Origin: Rhizaria sp. SCN 62-66
Taxonomy: Eukaryota
Length of the DNA: 20,000 nucleotides
Assembly (NCBI GenBank): GCA_001724265.1
Contig: MEDY01000027.1
Coordinates: 110,405-130,404 of the forward strand
Direction of reading: 5' to 3'
The translations under genes and the position numbers were made by a program. Of this stretch, positions 12,001 to 16,821 are shown in pieces. Under the pieces are notes generated by a model. It searched no databases. It saw only the letters and a program-made list of their open reading frames with translations, and was not told where the DNA came from. Position 1 is the stretch's first letter. Each line of letters starts with the position of its first letter.

Positions 12001-12035
12001 CCGATGCCCTTCCCAACATCACACGGCGTAACTAA
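15..12035 (+). CDS. Giant (>=4006 aa) Ala/Ser-rich, largely low-complexity protein with cyclic-nucleotide-binding (CNB/CAP_ED-like) domain(s); may start upstream of the window
   Basis: 12 kb with no stop codon, ending in TAA followed by an abrupt switch to AT-rich sequence. Consistent codon pattern (GCT, GTT, CTT, CGT/CGC). The frame is also open from base 3 to the ATG at 15, so the true start is unknown. CNB motifs at ~3399-3818. Confidence 0.85.
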   Translation: MSRSPFSQHRSGLPPHVSPVISMPQSISPMPSHSTAAFVTVDAPSVAHTLTTVQGLHRVAVRLVTPSVRAAVNTFLTSNQPGVAAAAPASTSLPMTSLDIPVSGQVTRPRDPSSPGTQPALGRVGISLARPPSRQAASMAALSSQRHLVSGCLRAPALKGVSRFIVAAGSVVATRIAASNRALAPFASPAHVVRAHELRCSAIHSVEAAARSRAAAAAAAARMVQQSREANQRVVESLIHPHTSGASATGSDVRSKLRKNPRSLGQHIPHNADLAAGADIVFDADDEVLFADEGEEEDIHINRPSSANLHHQQETANVAHTAPQRLPHKKDSSGDNKNSFSKRGVNMTEAEEHFLNALFGPDVLSSPPSLPLLSFPFPVTPVGFVAAGGSAAIALPTSADPPARVGTTASLELSVMRSTSRSAPAAAASVLLRVRVPVFSLSAPAPQVFTVDFEGFSRTAAHALAACKAPAGAAETLAALTAFHRRVETFRAQHRTAAADNAAGAMSDRVAAVLWQTLHGAALPTCDSEADTWALLGTAYGGVVPLAAAGSSFATDAAALGSSALHATATGINAGLTSSLPTSATPARYNALSLTSAPYVARALLFSPIAHRTAPAAGFAALSGADGLFTAMAANAAEFEASSDKLHSSSAARTWSSSRNAVWGDLPFLYATYGISTASFGRGSAATEFPTIATGSGAPISLVFPAADHDATVRATAATVAEGIAVHAQASIYGAAPLRSHGFVSVEEAQSQPSLNKQVLSWYQAAAVPQNKTAGATRVLQRTTSSACDANDHAWRTLSALRVPSSVDDVLEAIDNERLLVVSAALQTLAASGYGDHVVAVAESTDTPASGALNAATVCAKHMGDVSTAAADNNRTLAAVSEDWIVWRVAAPNTLMLCFDDPSDEHAIYSKVEHTKKRFLLDTVPVFKRFFGRAGSSNEAVGALSIPEEDSAAAAAVIPGSPTAAAAAANSLAAAAVAGNTAAQLATVEPVEIEPSRFKQALDSVANKGLGSGSNLYQARTQLLARVPDSRPTTSSSSTSESDRARARPRVEINKEALAAAESQGLLFTPDTDSAKSFTFTTNNADGPRVPLGTPIASSSLSIAAALGMSKESTTPVPGGTGIATYLYYDNATRAAICNAFGWRTVVKPGTVLIKEGEECDKMFIIYRGVCRIEKAVELVVPRSGTSLSASASAIGVQEKKDSVLARVNLRNLHLGLITSGQLAGDESCLLAGPSPVTVCTVTANTEVFVIAREAVLRLFPPSLLRHLTSDARERLMWHHHRLSHILERLNPITAVVAAAAQSGILADIQPAERRLGPYELPSIIALERDARARDTSELSLSVDVLQVMRRSAAFATTRNKLVAAGMGDISLAGRGGGVLPALSTLTAAFGSNPALLNSVVRPTVPINTKVKSAAAVAAAAPGVFSATLSLKNSVGGNHADGALRDPLTGQLMPTEVVDPMTGISTPFQPRSGAAADQALGVSSKSRADLPLKDLVERSRAFLAKELADAALQDGTREHGAGYLTGSALLHAAKRYLHEGALTGVPASTSHQQQLNGRRHAFNATSMASGKPKRQVTVRRVAGGLSTMVAGVESSVSSSLTAETKATIAKREGVTLSTDLATRLTPISSASPATHSRAEACLQLAQRIDAQRLRRTQQDFAPPVWYAQTTLGADTAATSKVHRPLEELETKSVAAPTATTEIDGTVLPAPSQSEQPVMTVSELAVSSVAALYAQQQARARYRPALPVAALHSAIARHIDHVRRGAASITADGLDATAAKLGTLTPTAELPVLPTLPMFVDESAPASLSDSDPDLRSSRRDPDNERDERLCKPAAQAASAELDPELVAMALEPTLNSESAFRVTTLLAAAEERERLASDSTARLRNGEFDADMDNDLLPMRGPIDAAMFTRFRGTESGIKPGDAVNVAAAAAGSNPASSIAAFGSAALASSASATGPLRSPDDPLAPGTGPHGGTAGSGFVNSSEEVAMPYFKYQGFESHAAVLLTAGLRKTVENQYIPSAHTLRVGKLTFSSLDGGVDGGVGSGLCLEASVRLPPRPFTRGAEAPEQVDFLHPGAAAAIVGAAHAHAARTTASKEVLSAEAASVAAANVRSATGVLTAAAKPSRINNQKEMRRGAPAAAPDEVPGRFLSSTMDPLTLRSASLLSGAWMGGGATGIPHLVPPDASLVSPAEGALASATTILGELSSLSTGGVASLTRGENNVAVPPLMAVSGVMAAALAHGPLRPADRDVTVVSVKTGRVVALAELVAPKHGASGGKVTLTSTSKVIAESNTASVTQKQQTLDMTKPGAALLEQDLTPGLRAVLSSAVAGQGARTTPVAMRESQAQYLSAEAGLVSYVGINKALKDSASAVHAASGSEAAPDAHANDAVVAASAADAMQRANSVARAAGAARDTATPVNEFITVAVTKQPTLPRAVKVDRVVIAQELAIAAQESSLAAAAAAKSAAAVAKQAAATVSQAETKPHYAQALDRDAGTAFSVRQDGADDNLHKKKSSAPVHESEFFVEAKNKYTAPSAALRSLITRGPTSLVSRSEREAQLDEAAARVSKLAEADEDEASQAQDDDDNDFDATDAWLLGLDPSDFSARSQAGAPLTLRETSALVSKARHALTGSLSVKSSAPSAVAFASQYNLQADALRALPSAKPLASHGQDDAAVRSVSRSSRAAAELSRQERLRVVNWLSSFLADVGDVDDGVADDLWMVPSLAPSAAAGAAAATVTEEARLRARHERLRRLALPKRQPGTAGLSTQMIAHETKGDATATAARFSASTLIALEDPWGSRLRNKGEAALRRRAVAAIGLYLTPDDAGKALAATMAQTTARETLLPSHSLPAAFTSGVRLNPSTATSGAISATVVANSEQDDENRAWEALRALADAISRPIPGPTVSMAAAEAAASEASAIVAEKHAAMTATGLCDEDKIVENKSKTVYAPFTLVSIEGVAYGETALTDSLAGATVRLPMPDTDATVTATNLTARAPPLLSFSDITPNVSLPLPSTAAALIDLKNQRYVKHTPRLFEGRQAAKLRAALAERAFHTRLAALIKREGERRAREIARGEDLMLDEFTVPAESAGTCASALLGSGTGDITPRLDGDVYQQTPTRGRSSSRGESSGSRNGSRSPSRTGPTRSRTLAAVSPQPDRASGGARFEYDAAQDEWVLRRPETMSPQLRRRLAQADSGCDSHGPRSAIDGSGPPQQKFLSFSALARQSAQMPSTSVVPQVGSESAMLGAAMSRSLNASARLADGDATAAVVLPSAALTARRFVHNAALNATKQPTSAEPQPEDGDLTQRQRLSRFEVRHHSLGDLNMALAPESAQNVVFDSGSIAGTAPVSVPLQQMNEVENAPARVQPVSAMRPAQPEYHMHRDLWEQASNVDASALPSADSVIPEGMLRYAPATDKAPAPLVPAPTAETHATRVLGGDDGEQVYSLFDFGATLPYVPSKLVTASTVAGRGTATTIAEDEHFRSIVVTSQLVDLYAIFRAHLEARERFITDAARASAAATAAAAREGDAQAAAAPLDAPAVLSTLGSDGAAQYVTQWVSGRVQGMMAGRPAAEQRAAVELLADLVRGASWSHQVALSRLRDRVSVEVARCAAREGSGPGASAALAAALRSDGRAKVVPPPAGPRAGADEGDYADALRKDELRRTQTGVTWVAPAEASDALDVSARQCQEDQRAVTNDAVARLIKSSAVPLGADNALSATALPLPSPPATLSTVPPTVALNLSHTPTPTSAVSTLSAQRMGRASLLSVDISSDSNPSSAAGSPAAGSRIHSPPLAAALATPLAFAGAWSGAGFTPRNGTGSARDQRPGSIKPPSRPQSRPPPDQQRRRRDVAPVVSPRSSAAAMAAMQEEVQRQRAKQGLTSAGIYTNTASGGLAPLWGATPMQDRSARVPAAGRRELFPELGGSSSARGPTTTLHKTKSKSTVADAIDGTGLGVTEHMDRLREHAAFADAVATGTIALYNTPPVVAPVPQQLRAPGQVPDALPNITRRN
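3399..3818 (+). other. cNMP-binding-like domain within the giant ORF, with a degenerate phosphate-binding cassette
   Basis: VKPGTVLIKEGEECDKMFIIYRGVCRIEK ... LGLITSGQLAGDESCLLAGPSPVTVCTVTANTEVFVIAREAVLRL matches the CNB pattern (GxxIIxEGxxGDxFYIIxxGxV ... GxxFGExAL...PRxATVxA...xxxxLxR). Canonical GE and PR read GD and PS here. Confidence 0.8.
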
Positions 12036-12056
12036 AAACACATTCACGATACTAAC

Positions 12057-12141
12057 GTACTCCTAGTACTAGCACTAGTACAGTACTAAGTCCGTGTACT
12101 GTACTGATAATACTAGTACAAATGTAAGTACAAAAAAGTAC
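12057..12141. repeat. GTAC-dense palindromic tract just 3' of the giant ORF
   Basis: Nine GTAC tetramers in 85 bp. Perfect palindrome CTAGTACTAG (12063-12072). 10-bp inverted repeat AGTACAGTAC (12077-12086) / GTACTGTACT (12096-12105). Confidence 0.8.
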
Positions 12142-12440
12142 TGTAGTATTAAAAGTATCTCACCACAATTTACAATAGCAATGCAACCTCATTCAATTCA
12201 ACAACCTTATTTTATGTAGCAAAACTTTACTTTATCAAATTCAAATACCAATAAACGACTTTTCCTTTCCCCAACACACATACTCACACACAATGTCTAA
12301 CCGTCAACAAAAAAAGTTTGTCCGACTCAGAGAGGAGCGAAGCGGAGCGGAGCAGCAAAAAAGAATGCCGCGCAACGTCCGCGCGGGTGGGAAGTTGCGC
12401 CAGACAGCGGCGAAAGCGTGCGCGGAGGGAGCAAAAAGAC

Positions 12441-12450
12441 AAAAAGAAAA
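12441..12450 (-). terminator. RNA polymerase III oligo-T terminator of tRNA copy 1
   Basis: Minus strand reads TTTTCTTTTT directly after the acceptor stem, with another T5 at 12437-12433. Confidence 0.75.
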
Positions 12451-12522
12451 GGTTCTAACGAGGATTGAACTCGTGACCTCAGCTTTACTAAAGCTGCGCT
12501 ACTACCACTGAGCTATAGAACC
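12450..12522 (-). tRNA. tRNA-Thr(AGT), copy 1, discriminator T73, no intron, no encoded CCA
   Basis: Cloverleaf GGTTCTA-TA-GCTC AGTGGTAGT AGC-G-CAGCT TT AGT AA AGCTG-AGGTC-ACGAG TTCAATC CTCGT-TAGAACC-T. 7-bp acceptor stem, 5-bp anticodon and T stems, A box TAGCTCAGTGG, B box GTTCAATCC. Confidence 0.92.
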
Positions 12523-12993
12523 GTACGATTGTTGGGTTCCGCGCTGAAAAATTAGGGTATTAGTAGTAATTTACAACTCACAATTTTTAGAAGTGTTGTA
12601 ATCATCATTAGTCGTTGACCAGACATAAACTGGTCAAAAGTTTTCCTTTCGATCAAAAGCATGAGCAACACATTTTATAAGTGCTTATTATATCAAAGTC
12701 GACACATATGATGAAATGAAAAGGAATTAAAAGTCGCTGTTCGGACGACGGACAGATAAGCCAATAGAATTCTGGGAATAGCGAATAAACATAAGAGTAC
12801 ATGTATTCTTCGAGAGTTTAAATCATGGAGACTTACAGCGCTACATTTGGTCCATACTAAAGTAAGTAACGTTGCTTAGGTCACCAAAGTGGCCCGATTA
12901 TAACACAAAATATAATTGGAAGTGACAAAAACTGTTGTTTTTCGCTTTCAGAAGCAGCAGTAGCAGTAGCAGCAGGAGCAGTCGGCGACTTGA

Positions 12994-14490
12994 TCACTGC
13001 GAGATGAAGAGATTAGGCTCCTCGCGCTTGATCCAGTGGAGCACGCGATGGCTGGCCGCAAGCGCAGTTTCCTTGGACGTCAGCGGGAGAAACGTTGCGT
13101 AGAGCTCAAAGTCGCCTGGCCGCACGATCCCGAGCACAACAGCGTCCTGCCCGACTTCGTAGTAGAGCGTGTGGCGCGTGCACGCGGCCGCGGAGGCCGC
13201 CAGCGCCTTGGCCGTCTGCTGTGCGAGCGCGGAGCGGCCCGCGTCGGCGGGCTGCGGGTGCCCGCCGGCGAGCGCGCCGCACGCGCGCTGGTAGCGCCGC
13301 AGCAGTTTCATGCCGCCCGCGTCGGGCGCCGCCGAGTCGACGTACGGCTCCGCGGGCGCCGAAGTGACGAACTGGTTGAGCTGCATAGAGCGGAAGAGGA
13401 AGTGGCGCAGGTCGGGGCTGCCGACGGCGATGTCGTCGACAGTCCACGCCTGCAGCGACATGGCCTCGGCCAGGTCCTGTGTCAGCTCGCGCGAGTCCAG
13501 CACCTTGCACACCTCGCCGCGGGCCTCGCGCAGCGCCTTGACGTCGCTGGGGTCCGTGGTAACAAAGGCAAGGCACACGTCGCGCGCCACGTAGCTGGAG
13601 TAGACGTACACGAACGAGTCGGGCGAGTGGCACGGCAGGCAGAACGGCGCCCACGAGTCGGACGACCGTAGCGACTGAGAGTTGGTGAGGAAGTTGGTCA
13701 GCAGCAGCATGTCGTTGACGTACAGCGGCGCGTCCTTCTCGCGGCTGAAGGCCACCAGGCGGCCGCCGGCGATAAGCACGGAGTACAGCAAACGCTTGCT
13801 CTTGCCCTTGGTGCCCTTCTTGAGCGCGGTGAGGATCTTGGCGCGCGAGGCCTTGTTCAGGCGCAGCGCGGGGACGGCGTCAAGCAGCAGCGCGGGCGTG
13901 CGCTCGGCGTCGTTGATGACGTCGTGCAGCATGAGCTCCGTGCCGGCCATGAGCAGGCGGATGTCGTACGTGGGGTGGTCCTCAAGCACGCGGTGCACGC
14001 TGCCGCTGAGCACGCTGAGGATCTGCTGGTGCGCGAGCGAGAGCTGCTGCTGCAACTGCGACACCGTCTCAGGCGAGCGTGAGATGCACACCATGTAGAT
14101 CGGCCCGCGGAACAGGAAAACAAACTTGTAGTCGCCAGCGTAGATGGCCTGGATGTTGTCTCCCAGCCGTTGGAAGTTGGCGATGAAGGATGACATCACG
14201 CCCATGAAGTCGGAGATCTCTGTCTCGTCGCCGTAGCGCGAAAAGATGGGACGGCCCGCCCAGCTAAAAATGAAGATGTGCTTCTCGTGCGCGTACCACT
14301 CCGGCATGCGGTGGTTCTGGTGGATGTACTTCTGCACGCGATGGTGCTTGGCCGCCCAGTATGAGTTCGAGTTGGCGTCATCCTCCGGCGTCGACGAGGT
14401 TGGCGCGTCTACGCTCGACGGAACCGTGGTTGCCAGCGGCGCCACCAACGTTGACGCCGAGGAGGCCCGAGAGCGACTCCCTTGAAGCAT
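12994..14490 (-). CDS. MON1: Vacuolar fusion protein Mon1/SAND (subunit of the Mon1-Ccz1 Rab7 GEF)
   Basis: 498-aa ORF with family motifs KHIFIFSWAGRPIFSRYGDE, FLFRGPIYMVCIS, YDIRLLMAGTE, DMLLLTNFL, WAPFCLP, LRHFLFRS, FELYATFLPL and C-terminal WIKREEPNLFI. Strong C/G third-position bias. Confidence 0.95.
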   Translation of the reverse strand: MLQGSRSRASSASTLVAPLATTVPSSVDAPTSSTPEDDANSNSYWAAKHHRVQKYIHQNHRMPEWYAHEKHIFIFSWAGRPIFSRYGDETEISDFMGVMSSFIANFQRLGDNIQAIYAGDYKFVFLFRGPIYMVCISRSPETVSQLQQQLSLAHQQILSVLSGSVHRVLEDHPTYDIRLLMAGTELMLHDVINDAERTPALLLDAVPALRLNKASRAKILTALKKGTKGKSKRLLYSVLIAGGRLVAFSREKDAPLYVNDMLLLTNFLTNSQSLRSSDSWAPFCLPCHSPDSFVYVYSSYVARDVCLAFVTTDPSDVKALREARGEVCKVLDSRELTQDLAEAMSLQAWTVDDIAVGSPDLRHFLFRSMQLNQFVTSAPAEPYVDSAAPDAGGMKLLRRYQRACGALAGGHPQPADAGRSALAQQTAKALAASAAACTRHTLYYEVGQDAVVLGIVRPGDFELYATFLPLTSKETALAASHRVLHWIKREEPNLFISQ

Positions 14491-14982
14491 CGCAAGAGAG
14501 CGTTCGTGTGATGTGCGAGTGGGCTGCTCAAAGGGAGGGCGAAGGAGCCGAAAAGAAGAGAAGGTTTCTATAGCACCGGAGATGTTTCAGAAAGTGCAAA
14601 AAGGAAATGAGTAACATTTCTTCAGGAAGCAGTACAAACAATTACACACAGTGCTATTGATGATTAATCCATGACGTGTTTTGTTCTTTTCTGTCGGCCT
14701 TCGTATCTCCGTCGTCTCGCGCCAGTCGTTCGTTCGCAAAAAAAGATGATGGCCTCTCGACATTTGCGCAAGGTGATACGCCGTGTAAGTTCCGACAGGA
14801 GAGTGACAACTATTGTATGTTGCTTATCTGCTTTAATATTATGCGTTCTATTTTTTAACTTTTCTCCATAGCTTTTCTTCCTGCTCTACAGCACCTGATT
14901 TGACCCTACTCAGACCCACAGAGAACTCTTAAGAACCTGCGACGCGCCGTGCTCGGTGGCCACAGACCCTGACTGACACCAG
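14491..14982. promoter_or_regulatory. Divergent intergenic region (probable bidirectional promoter and 5' UTRs) between MON1 and the ERGIC gene
   Basis: 492 bp, AT-richer than the flanking CDSs, between head-to-head start codons. Pyrimidine tracts upstream of both ATGs. No specific promoter element confidently identified. Confidence 0.5.
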
Positions 14983-16176
14983 ATGGACTCGCTGCTGGAC
15001 GAGCAGCATGGCGTGGAGATGAAGTCCTTGCTGTCTTCGACGCAGGACACGAGCACAGTCCCGCTTGTGAGTGCCGCGTCGACGACTGCTGACGTGGACG
15101 ACGATGATGACGATGACCAAACCTCGTCCAAGGCCTTCCTGCGCTCCGACGACAGTGAGATGACCCTCCGCGAGCGCTCCACGGGAGCGAGCAAGTCTGC
15201 CGCGAAACGCTTTACGAAGTTCGTGGCCAAGGCCGACTTCTTCCCTAAGGCCGAGGAGGAGCTGACAGTGCATACAGACTCCGGCGTGGCGCTGTCCATT
15301 GTCACGCTCGTCGTCATCGCACTGCTCTTCGCGAGCAATCTGCTCGCCTACCTCTCGCCCGTCACGCACGAGCACATGACCGTGGACGCGCTGGCGGGCG
15401 AGCGGCTCGACATCCGGCTCGACATTGAGTTCCACGCGCTGCCCTGTTCGCTGGTCAAGCTGGATGTGATGGCCGTCACTGGCGAGCACCACGAGGCGCT
15501 GGCGCAAAACATCGACCTCACCCCGGTCCCGGCCTCGGCGCGCTTTCCGCAGGACGGCTGCCGCCTCGCGGGCTTTGCGCGCGTCACCAAGGTCGCCGGC
15601 AACATGCACGTCGCCGTCGGCTCCGTCGAAGCGGGCTCTGCGCACCACCGGCACAAGTTCTCGCTGCGCGAGCTCAAGGCCTTCAACTCCTCGCACACGG
15701 TGCACGCGCTGTCCTTTGGCGCTGCCTACCCGGGGCTTATCTCCCCGCTTGACGGCGTCACGGCCGTCGCCGCCGCGGGCCCCACGCAGTACCAGTACTT
15801 CATCAAGGTCGTGCCTACGACCTACGCCGCCGAAGGCGCGGAGCCCGTGGCCACAAATCAGTACTCGGTCACCGAGCGCGCCACGGTCATCGACACCAGC
15901 GCCGCTGCCGCGGGTGCGGGCGGGATCCCAAGCGTGTTCTTTGTGTACGACTTCTCACCGTTCCGCGTCGTGATCGAAACGGCGCGGCCGCCGCTGTCGC
16001 ACTTCTTGGTGTCTGTCTGCGCCGTCATCGGCGGCGTCCTCACGGTCTCGGGCATTGTGCACTCGCTCTACTACCACGGGACCAGGGCCGTCGCTGCCCG
16101 CCGCGCCGCGCGCGCGCTGCAGGCCGACCTCGACGGCGGCCACGCGGGCATGCAGTCGCTACTCTCGCCCCGGTGA
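14983..16176 (+). CDS. ER-Golgi intermediate compartment protein, Erv41/Erv46 (ERGIC1-3) family
   Basis: 397 aa. ADFFPKAEEELTVHTDSGVALSI plus TM1; LDIRLDIEFHALPCSLVKLDVM; GCRLAGFARVTKVAGNMHVA; FNSSHTVHALSFG; YQYFIKVVPTTY; TNQYSVTE; GIPSVFFVYDFSPFRV; FLVSVCAVIGGVLTVSGIV (TM2). The paralogue cannot be assigned by eye. Confidence 0.95.
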   Translation: MDSLLDEQHGVEMKSLLSSTQDTSTVPLVSAASTTADVDDDDDDDQTSSKAFLRSDDSEMTLRERSTGASKSAAKRFTKFVAKADFFPKAEEELTVHTDSGVALSIVTLVVIALLFASNLLAYLSPVTHEHMTVDALAGERLDIRLDIEFHALPCSLVKLDVMAVTGEHHEALAQNIDLTPVPASARFPQDGCRLAGFARVTKVAGNMHVAVGSVEAGSAHHRHKFSLRELKAFNSSHTVHALSFGAAYPGLISPLDGVTAVAAAGPTQYQYFIKVVPTTYAAEGAEPVATNQYSVTERATVIDTSAAAAGAGGIPSVFFVYDFSPFRVVIETARPPLSHFLVSVCAVIGGVLTVSGIVHSLYYHGTRAVAARRAARALQADLDGGHAGMQSLLSPR

Positions 16177-16821
16177 GTTGAGATTGCGGCTGCGTCTGCA
16201 TGACCCGAGCTCTCGGCGCGCTCTGGCTGCTTTATGGGCGGGCGAAGAAGTCTTCCGGCGATGTCGTGGTTGTGCGCTTTTGCGAACTTGTTGTGTGAGT
16301 CAGTGACTTTCTGCAAGATGGAGTCCTGCTTCGCGCGATCATCATAGTGACTGTGCGAGTGGAAAACCTTGTTGGCTTGCTTTGGATTGCGCTATATGAG
16401 AGTGTATTGATGCACATACGGCGACTTGCTGGTTGTGTTTGGGCCAATGTGTCCACTATTATGCACAACTATCTCCATGTTTACGTGTTATCTAGGTTGT
16501 AAGGGGAGCGTAAAACATGACACAAGAACAACTGATTGAATAAAAAAACGACTATGTATGATAACCATTCCACGTTTGCGATGATATAACAAAAATGAAT
16601 GGCCCTGGTTGATCACAAACAAACAAAATCTACAAAAATAAACAGTTAATCAATAGTCACAACAAGCAAGAGATAAAAACGATCACAGGCGTGCTTTTTT
16701 GCAACACAACAGTGGGTCGTATTGATCATTGCGTTGCATGCGACAGAACAACATAACTTAATTTTCACAAGCAGTCCAACTCGACAGCAAAAATGAGGAA
16801 GCTTTCACTCGCGCGTTTCGC

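Larger units (their letters stand above)
12271..12574 (-). repeat. tRNA-centred repeat, copy 1 (inverted relative to 18828-19142); weaker similarity continues to ~12165
   Basis: Reverse complement aligns with copy 2: upstream GTAAATTACTAyTAATAC..TAATTTTT..CCCAACAAT, an identical 72-nt tRNA body, 76/78 identity over 12418-12341 vs 19009-19086, then CTGAGTCGGACA...TTGTTGACGGTTAsACATTG(TG)n. Confidence 0.95.

Noticed and set aside
251-12047. Dozens of 60-300 aa ORFs overlapping or antisense to the giant ORF
   Set aside because: Expected shadows of a GC-rich coding frame; no recognisable motifs.
12057-12141. CRISPR-like or tandem satellite array
   Set aside because: No constant repeat unit or regular spacers, and the context is eukaryotic.
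12293-12511. 72-aa ORF, and the matching 18948-19376 ORF, both ending VLTRIELVTSALLKLRYYH
   Set aside because: They are antisense translations of the tRNA repeat; the shared peptide only reflects the DNA duplication.
12615-12637. Perfect 8-bp hairpin TTGACCAG-N7-CTGGTCAA
   Set aside because: Isolated, absent from the second repeat copy, and plausible by chance in 20 kb.
16173-16178. GTGAGT splice-donor-like motif overlapping the ERGIC stop codon
   Set aside because: No strong pyrimidine tract and acceptor downstream; the CAG at 16301-16303 gives no family-like tail, and the protein is already complete.
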